From the NCBI RefSeq assembly GCF_006345805.1, contig NC_043011.1:48868464-48932463 (forward strand): DNA of 64,000 nucleotides, written 5' to 3'. The DNA comes from Octopus sinensis. Taxonomy: Eukaryota. This document shows, in pieces, positions 1 to 11,890 of this stretch (positions are counted from its first letter, which is position 1; the number at the start of each line of letters is the position of its first letter). Position numbers and translations under genes: made by a program. The notes beneath the pieces were generated by a model. It did no database searches. It saw nothing but the letters and a program-made list of their open reading frames with translations, and had not been told where the DNA came from.

Positions 1-676
1 CTTTGAATATTCCAAGTTGATAAAATGTATTTCCATGACCAAAATCAGAGTGAACATCAGAGAAATTTCAGTTTGCAAATTTAATCAAAATTCAATTTAA
101 AAACAGCAAATTGTCAATTTAAATCCATCTTTCAGTATTTTTGATGTAATTTTTCAATACAAGTTTAAAATTTAATTTCTATTTTAAAACAACATTCTAA
201 TTTGAATTTTCAAATTCATCTCAGACTTTAACCAACAAAAATATCTTAATTTGAAATTTCAAAATATTGACAAAAAAAAATATTTATATTTATATATATA
301 TAAAAAGCGGATGAAGTAAACTTGAAGTACTCTCCTACATCGATGTATTTATTGATGTAGACATCTATCTACATCAACGTATTTATGACCAGCACGCTTA
401 GTCAAAACCGAAGTAGACTGATATACAGCTGACGAGATGGAGATCCTGTGTGTTGTGATTGTAGTTGAATATTTTAACACACTTTTCCCTTTACTCTAGC
501 CCACCCTCCTTACTGAAAAGGAGTACCAACACCAGCTGGTGATTAAAATTGTGACTGAATGGGATTCTGTACAAGAGAAAATATTGTATTCCAAGTCACT
601 TAGATGCTACAGAAGCTTGATATGCATATGTGTGTCTGTGTCTCTGTGTGTGTGTAAATATATATATGTATATATA

Positions 677-1045
677 TCATCATCATCATCATCATCATCA
701 TTTAGCGTCCGCTTTCCATGCTAGCATGGGTTGGACGGTTCAACTGGGGTCTGTGAAGCTGGAAGGCTTCGTCAGGCCCAGTCAGATCTGGAGGTGTTTC
801 TACGGCTGGATGCCCTTCCTAACACAACCACTCCGTGAGTGTAGTGGGTGCTTTTTACGCGCCACCTGCACAGGTGCCAGACAGAGCTGGCAAACGGCCA
901 CGAATGGATGGTGCTTTTACATGTCACCGGCACGGGGCCAGGCGATGCTGGTAACGGACACGAACGGATGGTGCTTTTACGTGCTACTGACACGGGGCAA
1001 GACAGAGCTGGCAAACGGCCATGAACGGATGGTGCTTTTACATAT
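677..1045 (-). mobile_element. RTE-LINE 3'-end repeat (family A) with (GAT)n tail and ~60 bp internal tandem units
   Basis: (CAT)n followed by tttagcgtccgctttccatgctagcatgggttggacgg recurs about 10 times in the window. This copy has four GGTGCTTTTAC units. The same tail caps the RTE ORF remnant at 24715-25417. Confidence 0.8.
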
Positions 1046-1559
1046 GAGCAAAACACCCCCTGTCCAATGGATGGTGCTGAATCATATCGGCTGAATAAAA
1101 AGCAATCAGTGTTTTCCTTTCATTAAAAAATAATTAATCATGCTTTTATATAAAAAAAAAACTTCTTGAGAAACCAAATAGTCTTTCCTTCCTTCATGCC
1201 AAGTTTGAAGAAAATATCTCTTTTGCATCTTACATTTTTAGGTCTTTTAAATATACTGCATTTTGTGGCATTATTTCAAGCCAGCCGGCTTTTTTTAGTG
1301 CAAACTGCAGTGCATTTTTCTCTTGTACGCACAGTATCAATCACAACAGCTGATGTACTTGCATGTACAAATGCACGTTCCCATGGCTTTATCGATTGCG
1401 TTCTCACTGGAATCGATTTTTGTAATTTTTCAAGATTTATACATGCCCTGATACCGTCAGTATTTACATATTGAATTTCAGCGCAATCAGATGGAGGATG
1501 TCCAAGATAGTGGAAGACACACACACACACAGAATGGATTTTATATAATATATACATAT

Positions 1560-1745
1560 ATCTGCCAGTGGCACGTAAAAAGCACCCACTATACTCACAG
1601 AGTGGCTGGCGTTAGGAAGGGCATCCAGCTGTAGAAACACTGCCACATCAGACTGAAGCCTGGTGCAGCCTCCTGGCTTCCCAGACCTCGATCAAACCGT
1701 CCAACCCATGCTAGCATGGAAAACGGACGTTAAACGACGATGATG
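1560..1745 (+). mobile_element. Family A RTE 3'-end copy, 5'-truncated
   Basis: gtggcacgtaaaaagcaccc...ccgtccaacccatgctagcatggaaaacggacgttaaacgacgatgatg. Confidence 0.8.
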
Positions 1746-1775
1746 CAACAGAGTAAAAGAATATATATATATATA

Positions 1776-2116
1776 TTCTTTTACTCTGTTACTTGTTCAG
1801 TCATCTGACTGTGGCCATGCTGGAGCACCACCTTTTAGTCGAACAAATCAACCCCAGGATTTATTCTTTGTAAACCTATTACTTATACTATCAGTCTCTT
1901 TTGCGAAACATCTAAGTTACATAGGACATAAACACACCAACATTGGCTGTCAAGCAACAGTGAGGGATAAACACAGACACAAAGAATCACATACATACAT
2001 ACATATATATATACAAACATACATATATATACATACATATATATCATCATCTTCGTTTAGTAAAATCTCAGAAAATAATTAAAAATTCACATTTTTTATC
2101 AATTATTTTGTATATA

Positions 2117-2192
<76 letters not shown>

Positions 2193-2197
2193 CATAC

Positions 2198-2228
<31 letters not shown>

Positions 2229-2398
2229 CACACACAAGGAACTTCTTTCAGTTTCTGTCTACCAAATCCATTCACAAGGTTTTGGTCGACCTGAGGCTAT
2301 AGTAGAAGACACTTGCCGAAGGTAACACGCAGTGGGACTGAACCCAGAACCATGTGGTAGGGAAGCAATCTTCTTACCACACAGCCATGCCTGCACCT
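1776..2398 (-). mobile_element. tRNA-derived SINE family B with expanded internal (TA)n/(TACA)n
   Basis: The minus-strand head ggctgtgtggtaagaag...gggttcagtccc has A/B-box-like motifs. The 3' part matches the copies at 40370 and 61053. Confidence 0.8.
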
Positions 2399-2774
2399 AT
2401 ATTTATATATATATTTATTTATTTATACCCTACATAACATACTTGGGTGCTCAATTTTGCCTTATGTAAATCCAAACGTACTTACTGTTCTCTGATTGTC
2501 TTTTGTCAATTCCACTCCCTCACTATACACATACATATATACTTGTTTTTATACACACACACACACACACGAACATACGTACATACATACATACATACAT
2601 ACATACATACCTACATACATATATATATATATACTCACATATTTTTTTTATTCTTATGTCTTGGTGCTGGATTTCTCATGATATCTTATGATAGTAGTAT
2701 TACAACAGAAGGAAAATCTTATCTTACTTGTCTGCTTAACTAGACACCATAAGCTTTATCTGGATGTATTCATT

Positions 2775-2905
2775 CTGTTTCTATGTGTATGTATGTGCAT
2801 GCATATATCTATATCTATATATATGAATATAATATATATATCTATATATATATATGAATATTATATATATATATATATATATATGAATATATATATCTAC
2901 ATATA

Positions 2906-2965
<60 letters not shown>

Positions 2966-3105
2966 ATGAATATATATATATATGAATATATATATATATA
3001 TATGAATGAATATATATAGAGAGAGAAAAAGAGAAAAAGAGGGATAGAAAGACATAGATAGATAGACTGATAGATAGACAGATGGATGGACAGACAGATA
3101 TATGA
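2775..3105. repeat. Compound (TA)n/(GA)n/(GATA)n microsatellite
   Basis: Directly visible. Confidence 0.9.
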
Positions 3106-3449
3106 TGCAAAACAGATTTTCTTTTAGACACATTCTGTTGAAAATATGATTGTTTTCTAGATTTTTCATTCATTGAAGTCCTTTATCAAGAATTTGTGGG
3201 TTTGAAATTCTACTTTTACTTTCCTAATTCTGTATGAACGAATACCTTACTGTTTGTTTGGAACTGTGATGTTCCCAAATTCATCAATCTGGTCCTCTGC
3301 AGTCGCATCTTCATGATGAAGTAATGTTGGAATATGTTGCTAACACTGTAGTAGGCAGAGCAAATGTATTTTCTGTAGATACTATCATGGGCATTTGAAG
3401 TTTTGATTGTTAGACCTCATTTGGGTCCCTGTTTATAAATGTACCCCTA

Positions 3450-3720
3450 GTGATACATAGATGATGATAGTGATAGTGGTGGTGGTGGTGATGGTGGTAA
3501 ATGTAGTGGTAGAGGTGGTGATGGTGTGATGGTCGAGGTAGAGGAGGTGGTGGTGATGGAGGTGGTGATGGTGGTGGTGGTGGTAGATGTGGTAGTCGTC
3601 ATCAAAGAGGTAGTGGTGTGGTGGTGGTGGTGGTGGTAGTGGCAGTAGAGGTTGTTGTGGTAGTGACAGTGGTGGTGGTGGTGAATGTGTGTGGTGATGA
3701 CAGAAATATCAATAATGGTC
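3450..3720. repeat. (GGT)n/(GAT)n low-complexity tract
   Basis: Directly visible triplet repeats. Confidence 0.9.
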
Positions 3721-3764
3721 AAGAAAACACAGATGGTTGATGACACAATGGCAGTGAAAGAATT

Positions 3765-3968
3765 TCAGTTTCAAATTTTAACACAAAGCCAGCAATATTT
3801 TTCAGGGAAGAGGCCCACCTTATACAACTGGTACTTATTTTATTGACTCCAAAAAGATGAAATTTCATCAACTTTGGCAGAATTAGAACCCAGAACGTGA
3901 AGACGGATGAAATACCGCTGAGCATTTTCGGCTGGCATGCTGATAAGTCTTCCAGCTCGCTGCCTTAC
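3765..3968 (-). mobile_element. SINE family C, diverged
   Basis: Reverse complement of ggcagcgagctggaaga...aaatgctcagcggtatttc...ttctgggttctaattctgcc matches the copies at 14440 and 36240. Confidence 0.65.
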
Positions 3969-4009
3969 AGTGATAAAATATTGGAAGACATTGATATAAT
4001 TCTATTTAG

Positions 4010-5520
4010 GATGGTGACTGTGATGGTGATGGTGGTTAAAAAATAATGATAATGGTGATAAGAAAAGTGAAGGGCGATAATTACAACGAGAGTGATGAAT
4101 AATGGCAGGACTCAATAATGATGATAACGTTCATGGAATGATCTTGCTGGTGATGATCAAGAGGATGATGATGCAAAAATTGATGATGATGAAGATGTCA
4201 GTGATAGTTATGATTATGATGAAGACATTGACGATGATAGCAATGATGGTGGTGGTGGTAGGGATGAGGATGATGATGATCAGGAGGAAGAGGGGGAAGG
4301 ATGACAGGGGATAATTATGATGGTGATAATGTATAATGACGAGGATAGTGGTGATGACAATGATGATGGTGGATGTGGTGGTGGTGGTAAGGATGATGAT
4401 TGTGGTGGTGATGTCAATGATGATAATGTGGATGATGATGGTGAGAGTGATGATGATGGTGATGATGATGATGGTAAGAGTGATGATGATGGTGATGATG
4501 ATGATGGTGGCGGTGATGAATTTTAAGAGATGGTAATTATGGTGGCTGTAATGGTTAAGGGTGAGAAAGAATAATCATAATGAAGATGATGACGATCTGA
4601 TCTTCAAATTGATAGCAGTTTCAGTAATAAAAGTGATGGGGTGATAACCACTATGACGATGATGATGATGACAATGATGATGAAGATGATCAGGAGGAGC
4701 GGGGAAGGGGAGGACGACAGGGGATAATTATGATGGTGATAATGTATAATGACGAGGATAATGATACTAACAATAATAATAATAATAATAATAATAATGA
4801 CCCTGATGATGATGATGATGACAGTGATGGTGATGAGGGTGTTGGTGGCAGTGATGATGATGATGGTGACAGCGACAACAGTGATGGTGGTGGTGGTGGG
4901 TGGTGGTGGTGTGGTGGTGGTGGTGGTGGTGGTGGTGGTGGTGGTGGTGGTGATGGTGAGTGGGGAAACAACAGGTAAGAAGGTTAAAAGAAGGAGAGAG
5001 ATGGACAGGTGGCGATTTATTGGATTATGATCTGGTATGTCAAATGGAGAAGAGGAAGAAAAAAAAAAACAGACGATGACAATGATGACGATGGTGATGA
5101 TGATTATGAGGACAATGGTATAATGATAATGATGATGACAATGATGATGATGATGATGATGGGGAGGATGATGATGACAATGATGCTGCTGCTGATGATG
5201 ATGCTGCTTTTGCTGATGATGATGATGCTGCTGCTGCTGATGATGATGTTGGTGATGATGATGACAATGACGATGGCAACTATAAAGAAATAACCATAGA
5301 CTAGGAAAATAACTAGACAGGAATGAATGATAATGGTTGTCATACACCAAAGATGGATGTCAGAAGCTAACCCACCACCACCTTCACCGCCACCACAACC
5401 ACACCCTCTACACAGCCACCACCACCACCACTCGTTCCACTCCTTCTACATCTTCTCCATCCACCCTTTATTTCAACCCACCACTACCACCACCACCACC
5501 ACTGCCCTTGCCAGTTCCTC
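4010..5520. repeat. Compound triplet field (GAT/GGT/AAT/GCT/CAC) with an internal ~70 bp direct repeat
   Basis: Triplets are directly visible. gacaggggataattatgatggtgataatgtataatgacgaggata occurs near 4303 and 4716. Confidence 0.9.
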
Positions 5521-5968
5521 ACCCAATGCCGTGTAACTTAACACTGATGGTATTATCAAAACTTTTAACTAATACAATGATTTATTTGATTAATGGAATG
5601 GAATTGCTGGAAAGAAAGAAAGAAAAAAAATAATAATGGAATTTGATTGTTGAGATATTTTAAAAGATTGCTGTCTGAAGCATTTTTATCATTTTTTGGT
5701 ATTTTTTTTTTTTTTTTCCATTTTTTATTTTTCTGAAGCTTTAAATGTTGATACCTCTCATTTGCAATATATATGTTTCCGAGTTTTATATCTTTTTTAA
5801 TTTTAATGTAAAGGTGAAAAAAAAAAAAAAAAAAAATCAAAAAAATTTTTTTAAATGACAAAATAAAATTCGGAGGCACTAACTGAAGTCGCTGTTGATT
5901 TTTGTTGTTGTTATTGATGCTGATATAATTGTAATGTAATTGTAATGTCGTTGTTGTTGTTGTTGTTG

Positions 5969-6662
5969 TTAAGATGGCGAGTTGGAAGAACTGTTAGTAT
6001 ACTGGACTAAATGCTTGGCAGCATTTCTTCCAGCTTTACGTTCTGAGTTCAAATTCTGCCCAGGTCGACTTTGCCATTCATCCTTTTGGGGTCGATTAAA
6101 TAAGTACTAGTTACACACTGGGGTCGATGTAATCGACTTAATCCGTTTGTCTGTCCTTGTTTGTCCTCTCTGTGTTTAACTCCTTGTGGGTAGTAAAGAA
6201 ATAGGTATTTCACCTGTCGCGACATTCTAAGTTCAAATTCTGCCTTTCATCAAACTTTGCCTTTCATCCTTTCGGGATCAATAAAATAAATACCAGTCAA
6301 GTACTGGGGTTGATATGACGGATTACCCCTCCCTCAAAATTTCAAGGCCTTGGCAGAATCATTAGCACAATGATTGGCGGAAATGCTTAGAGGTATTTCA
6401 CCTGTTGCTACGTTCTGAGTCGAAATTCTACCAAGGTCGATTTTGCCTTTTATCCTTTCGGGGTCAGTAAATTATGTACCAGTTACACACTGGAGGGGGA
6501 TGTTATCAACTAGACCCATTCCCTTAAATTTCAGGACTTGTGCCTTCAGTAGAAAGGATTATTATTATTATTGACATCAACTTTGCTTTTCATCCTTTCG
6601 AGGTCAATAAATTAAGTACCAGTTACATACTGGGGTCGATGTAATTGAATTACCACCTCCCA
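5969..6662 (+). mobile_element. Head-to-tail cluster of about four SINE family C units
   Basis: The ttctgagttcaaattc B-box motif occurs three times and the ctttgcctttcatcctttcggggtc...aagtaccagtt block four times. Confidence 0.8.
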
Positions 6663-6726
6663 ATACACATATATATATATATATTTATACTTACATATTT
6701 ATGCATAAATATCTATACATATATTA

Positions 6727-7000
6727 GGCATGGCTCTGTGGTAAGTAGATTGTTTCCAAACAACATCGTTCCAAGTTCAGTCCCACTGCATGGAAACTTG
6801 GGCAAGTGTGTTTTACTAAAGCCTCAGTTCAACCAAAGCCTTGTGAGTGGATGAGTCAGACAGAAACTGAGAGAAGCCCGTCATATAAGTATATATATGT
6901 GAGGGAGCAGGGTTTTTGTGTCTGTGTTCTGTGTTCGTCCTCCACCACTGATTGACAAGTGGTGTTGGCGTAAACAAGTAAAAGAGTGAAAGAATAAAAG
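6727..7000 (+). mobile_element. SINE family B, internally deleted
   Basis: ggcatggctctgtggtaag...gttcagtcccactgc...aaacaagtaaaagag. Confidence 0.75.
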
Positions 7001-7003
7001 GAT

Positions 7004-7042
<39 letters not shown>

Positions 7043-7080
7043 GTAAGTATAAATATACACACAGTATATGTAGGTATGTA

Positions 7081-7114
<34 letters not shown>

Positions 7115-7116
7115 CT

Positions 7117-7370
7117 ATCATCGTTTCGTTTAACGTCCACTTTTCATGCTGGCATTGGTTGGACGATTTTGACTGAGGGCTGGCGAAGCAGATGGCTGCA
7201 CCAGGCTCCAATCTTGATCTGGCAGAGTTTCTACAGCTGGATGTACTTCCTAATGCCAACCACTCTGAGAGTGCAGTGGGTGCTTTTACGTGCCACTGGC
7301 AATGACCTTGCTCGAATCTTTTTACACATGCCACCGGCACAGGTGCCAGTAAGGCAACACTGGTAACAAT
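7117..7370 (-). mobile_element. Family A RTE 3'-end copy
   Basis: catcgtttcgtttaacgtccacttttcatgctggcattggttggacg... Confidence 0.8.
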
Positions 7371-7385
7371 CTAGACTTTTAGTAG

Positions 7386-7430
7386 GTACAACATATGTTT
7401 CGACTGATCAATCTGGGTTTCTTCAGGTAC
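7386..7430 (-). ncRNA. Minimal type I hammerhead ribozyme core, Penelope-type
   Basis: The minus strand reads GTAC CTGAAGA aac...gtc GAAAC ATAT GTT GTAC. Stem I is GTAC/GTAC and the stem III loop ATAT is palindromic. Stem II is imperfect. Confidence 0.6.
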
Positions 7431-7603
7431 ATTAATAGAGATTTTTTGTTATATGCCCATCCAGTTCAAGAATGAATAAAAGCAAACTTAATGAATGCTA
7501 ATAATACCCTAACTGCCACTGCAAAGTTCCTGAAGTTAATCAAACCAAACTGTACCACAACTGCAGATGACAACAGGTAGCCTCATCAGGATGCTTCACA
7601 TCA

Positions 7604-7691
7604 GCATCCTGATGAGGGGAACGTCTGTTTCCTTCAAATATGAAATTTTATGTCATATTATCTGACACATCTCCGAAACAGCCCGTCAATG
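7604..7691 (+). ncRNA. Degenerate hammerhead ribozyme core
   Basis: CATC CTGATGA GGGGA...TCTCC GAAAC AGCCC GTC aATG. Stem II GGGGA/TCTCC pairs, and one G>A reversion restores stem I. Confidence 0.5.
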
Positions 7692-8292
7692 AAACTTTTG
7701 GATCCAATGAACATTATCTTTGTGTATTAGTATGTCATTTTAATGTTTTATAATTTCAAACTTTCCACTGGACTCCGTGTTGTAACACGTAAATTTTTAT
7801 TCCCTCGTATCTTATCGTGTGAATTAATAATTCAATATGTCTTATATTATATTGATGTTTTCTATTTTGCCTGCGTATTTATATATATTTATGAGTATTC
7901 TAAAATATTTTTAAATACCTACGAGTTTTTATCTTATATCATATCGATGTTTTTTATATCTATTTATGTATTTATATATTTTTTTAAATGACTACATATT
8001 TTTAAATATTTTAAAATATTTGCGCGCATATAAATATTAAATATTTATATGCTTATATGTTTTTAATACTAATATTATTCGAACTTTATATTGATTGATT
8101 TATTAATGTCGAGGAAAGTGCACATATATATTGAATATTCTATTGGATAATTGGTCATGTTCCACTAGTTTTCCGTTCGTATTGCATCCATTCAAATTAT
8201 ATATTGGAACTTAGCTCAATTTGAACATTTCGATTCTTGCCTGTTTCTGAGTATTGTTAATGTTAATAACCTCTATATAAAATAGTATAATT

Positions 8293-8332
<40 letters not shown>

Positions 8333-8369
8333 CTGTTTGCAAACTGAGAGTGTAATATGTGTGTGTGTG

Positions 8370-9025
8370 TCATCTGAATGTGTTTGATGCCAGGCTTGCC
8401 TGACTGGCTTCGATGCTGGTGGCACATAAATATGCACCATCTGAATGTGGCCAATGCCAGTACCCTCTGACTGGCTTCTGTGCTAGTGGCACGTAAAAAG
8501 CTCCATTTGAACGTGGCTGATGCCAGTACCCACTGACTGGCTCCCATGCTGGTGGCACATAAAAAGCACTATCCAAACGCAATCGATGCCAGACCCGCCG
8601 GACTGGCTCCTCTGTTGGTGGAACATAAAAAGCTCCCAATACACTCTTGGAGTGGTTGGCGTTTGGAGGGACATCCAGCTATTGAAATATAGCCAGATTG
8701 GAGCCTGGTGCAGCTGCTGGCTCTCCAGACCTCAGTCAAACCGTCCAACCCATGCCAGCATAGAAAACGGACATTAACCATTTTATTACCAACCTGGCTG
8801 AAACCGGCTCTGGCTCTGTAGTACAAATGTCTTGTTTCCATAAGTTTTGAATAAAAATCTTCCCCCCAAACCTTAACCACAATTAAGGTTCCTAGCACTA
8901 GCTTAATTATAACGAAGTTATTTTACTAAATTTTTTGTTATATTTAAAATTAATTGAGAGAAACACAGAGCATCTCAAAATAAATACAATAATGAAAGGG
9001 TTAAACGATGATGATGATGATGATA
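8370..9025 (+). mobile_element. Family A RTE 3'-end copy split by a TTAA-target MITE
   Basis: ...gaaaacggacattaa[insert]ttaaacgatgatgatg rejoins to the family tail. About four ~60 bp units lie upstream. Confidence 0.8.
8778..9000. mobile_element. piggyBac-type MITE (223 bp)
   Basis: TTAA at 8774-8777 and 9001-9004. The left end CCATTTTATTAC resembles the reverse complement of the right end, CCCTTTCATTAT. Confidence 0.75.
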
Positions 9026-9317
9026 ATTACATCCTCAAGTAACTTCAAAATAATTTTCATATCTTCATAACAAATTCTAATTTACTTCGTGTCTCTTATT
9101 TATTTATTTAGCTTCTCTCAGCAATAAACTGATAAAACATTGGCAAAATAAATCAATACCTCATTTAAATATATGACAAGTTTTTTAGTGACTATTGCCT
9201 GGTATACAATATACTACAAACACTTTGAAGACATACATTCATGTCAAGCCACCAAATTCTTGTCTTTCAATAAAGAGGAAATGTTGAAGAACCTTTGGTT
9301 GTAATAAAAAAATATAT

Positions 9318-9680
9318 TAATAATCCTTTCTATTATAGGCACAAGGCCTGAATATTTGGGGGAGGGGACTAGACGATTACATCAACCCTGAAGAGCAAGC
9401 CTTCTTCTATCATACTCTCGATTTTGGTCAACTTGTGCCGCAGGGTCTCGGAGGAGATAGTGTTAGTTGAAATCTACCAAACGTGCCATACACAGACAAA
9501 AAGAGTAATTGTATTGCTTATTTTTAAAGGGATGTAAAGTTAGATACACTGGTACTTAATTTATCAACCCTGAAAAAATAAAAGGCAAAGTTGACCCCAG
9601 TGGAATTTGAACTCAGAATGTGAAGATGGAGGAAATGCCACTAAGGAATTTACCCAGCATGGTACTGTTTTTGCCAAGAT
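9318..9680 (-). mobile_element. SINE family C interrupted by a ~155 bp patch
   Basis: gattacatcaaccc|...|cactggtacttaatttatcaaccc rejoins to the family C sequence. Confidence 0.7.
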
Positions 9681-9795
9681 CACTTGCAAAAGCATTTTCA
9701 CCATTTACTTCAATATATGTATGTATTTATGACATGTCTATTTATATATATATATTATATATATATATATAAATAATTATATATATAATATATAT

Positions 9796-9856
<61 letters not shown>

Positions 9857-9933
9857 GCATATATATATATATATATATAATCATTTATATATATAATCAT
9901 TGTAGCCTTTTTACAACAAATTTTATATAACAA

Positions 9934-10291
9934 CTAGCAGTATTGCCCGGTTTGTTTCGACCCTTTAGAATTAGAATTTTTGAAAAGTAAAAATTTTGCA
10001 TTATGTAGCTTGTTATTCTCTTTAAGTGAACATTTTTCTGGTTCAGCAGAAAAAAAATCGTAAAAAATAGGGATTTTCATTAAAAAAAAAGCACGCTTTT
10101 GATGTAAATAATTTTTGGTGTTAACATGGTCCCATTTTAATTTTTTCTTCTACGGAGGGAAGAGCAAGTCTTCTTCTATCATACTCTCAATTTTGGTCAA
10201 CTTGCACTGCAGGGTCTTGGAGGAGATAGTGTTAGTTGAAGGCTACCAAACGTGCCATATTCAGACAACTTCAGCTTTATATATATAGAGA
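9934..10291 (-). mobile_element. Non-autonomous Helitron
   Basis: The minus strand starts a|TCtctatatatatataaag and ends ccgggcaatactgCTAG|t, i.e. TC...CTAG termini in an A-T target. The 3' end is shared with 45782-46163. Confidence 0.7.
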
Positions 10292-10445
10292 TAACAATAT
10301 TTAATAAAAAACATCTTTAAAAGACGGTCTGACCGTCTGCCAAGCAAATGGGAAGCACTTTTAATTCTTAATTTTAATCTTTAATGCATAATTGTATTGC
10401 TTATTTTTAAAGGGATGTAAAATTAGATATATAATATTTTGAAAT

Positions 10446-10588
10446 AGAACCTGAAGATGTGTTGGAATAATTGTAAATCTGAAGATTGCATATATGTATT
10501 TATATATGTACATATATGAGTATACAGTTGAGTATATGTATATGTTTATATATTGTAATCTTCTAATACTGAAACATGTGTCAGTTTC
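10446..10588 (+). ncRNA. Degenerate hammerhead ribozyme core with a long loop II
   Basis: GAAC CTGAAGA t GTGTTGGAA ... TTCTAATAC t GAAAC ATGT GTC agtttc. Stem II is 9 bp including G-U pairs. Stem I is imperfect. Confidence 0.45.
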
Positions 10589-10956
10589 TTCATATTTAAT
10601 AAATATAAGTATTAACTAAAGAAGGATATAATTCACGAAGTATATTATATGCTCTGCTGGGAATTTTGGTTATATTCTTTAAGTATTATTTTATGATGTG
10701 CAAACTGAAACTATGAGTTTACTGTCAATTACACTCATTAGGTTATTTTTGTATTATCTGAAATAGAATACCCGCATATCGATTAATCCTGAAAAATTGA
10801 ATATTGAATTTTATCAGATACTTTGTATATTTATAGATAAATATATAAATATATGATAAATAAGACCCCAAAGTACGATATGTAGATGCATATAATGCTG
10901 AAGGGTTGTACCTGATTCATTAGGAAAATTGTTTGCCCAAATTATTATATATATAT

Positions 10957-10988
<32 letters not shown>

Positions 10989-10997
10989 ATATATATA

Positions 10998-11227
10998 TAT
11001 AATGAAAATAGCAACAACTATATCCAGAAGTAATGCAGTACGATCGTTCCATGTGACTCCATTTAATTGAACAATGCAAACATTACATGAATTTAAAATT
11101 TTATACAGCTGAAGATTGCTCTACATTTTAAATTGATGTAATGTTTGCATTGTTCAATTAAATGGCGTTGCATGAAACGATCGTACTGCATTACCTCTGG
11201 ATATCCTTGTTGCTTATTTTGATTATA
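10998..11227. mobile_element. Foldback element with ~100 bp arms next to (TA)n, resembling a Penelope inverted pLTR
   Basis: gtaatgcagtacgatcgtt...ccatttaattgaacaatgcaaacattacat is mirrored by atgtaatgtttgcattgttcaattaaatgg...aacgatcgtactgcattac. Confidence 0.8.
11106..11188 (+). ncRNA. Hammerhead ribozyme core within the foldback
   Basis: CAG CTGAAGA ttgc...gcat GAAAC GATC GTA CTG. Stem I is CAG/CTG, the loop GATC is palindromic and the cleavage triplet is GUA. Stem II is imperfect. Confidence 0.65.
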
Positions 11228-11339
11228 ATCACCTTATTTTAAATTATATGGATAATACCATAGTAAATTCTGGTGCCTTCAACTTAAGTACCATATTCAT
11301 CTGAATCTCTCTCACTCTCTCTCTCCCTCTCTCTCTCTC

Positions 11340-11384
<45 letters not shown>

Positions 11385-11436
11385 GCTACATGCATGAGAG
11401 TGTGTAACAGTAGAGGATAATGGTTGCAACATGGAA

Positions 11437-11536
11437 NNNNNNNNNNNNNNNNNNNNNNNNNNNNNNNNNNNNNNNNNNNNNNNNNNNNNNNNNNNNNNNN
11501 NNNNNNNNNNNNNNNNNNNNNNNNNNNNNNNNNNNN
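11437..11536. other. Assembly gap (100 N)
   Basis: Run of exactly 100 N, so the true gap size is probably unknown. Confidence 0.99.
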
Positions 11537-11775
11537 TTTAGCTGCTGAACACCATCGTAAAGAAACACAAGGTAGCAGCTACCTCGCATTGAGTATCTCT
11601 TGTGAGAATATTTGTTGTGGCTACTCAGTTATTGCGCCTTTCAGTTAAAACACTCTCTTCATTTCACAACTAATAAATATCTGTGTATGCATGTTTGTAT
11701 GTGCGTATGTGTATACATCTGAGTATATGTGTGTGTGTACATGTATATATAAATGTTCATCCATCTATCTATCTA

Positions 11776-11807
<32 letters not shown>

Positions 11808-11890
11808 GTGTGTGTGTGTTGACCCTGTGTGTATCCTTGGCAAATTTTTTTCCCTCCGTCTTCCCTTCCTTGGATCCTTCCCTTTTCTAT

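Noticed and set aside
840-1045. CRISPR-like array of a conserved motif with variable spacers
   Set aside because: The spacers are homologous to each other, the array is part of a dispersed RTE repeat, the context is eukaryotic and no cas genes are present.
3245-3345. Possible minus-strand micro-exon (ttag...gtaagg)
   Set aside because: Splice-like signals are common by chance and no homology is recognised.
4880-4960. (GGT)n G-quadruplex candidate
   Set aside because: It is an ordinary microsatellite with mostly two-G runs, abundant throughout the window.
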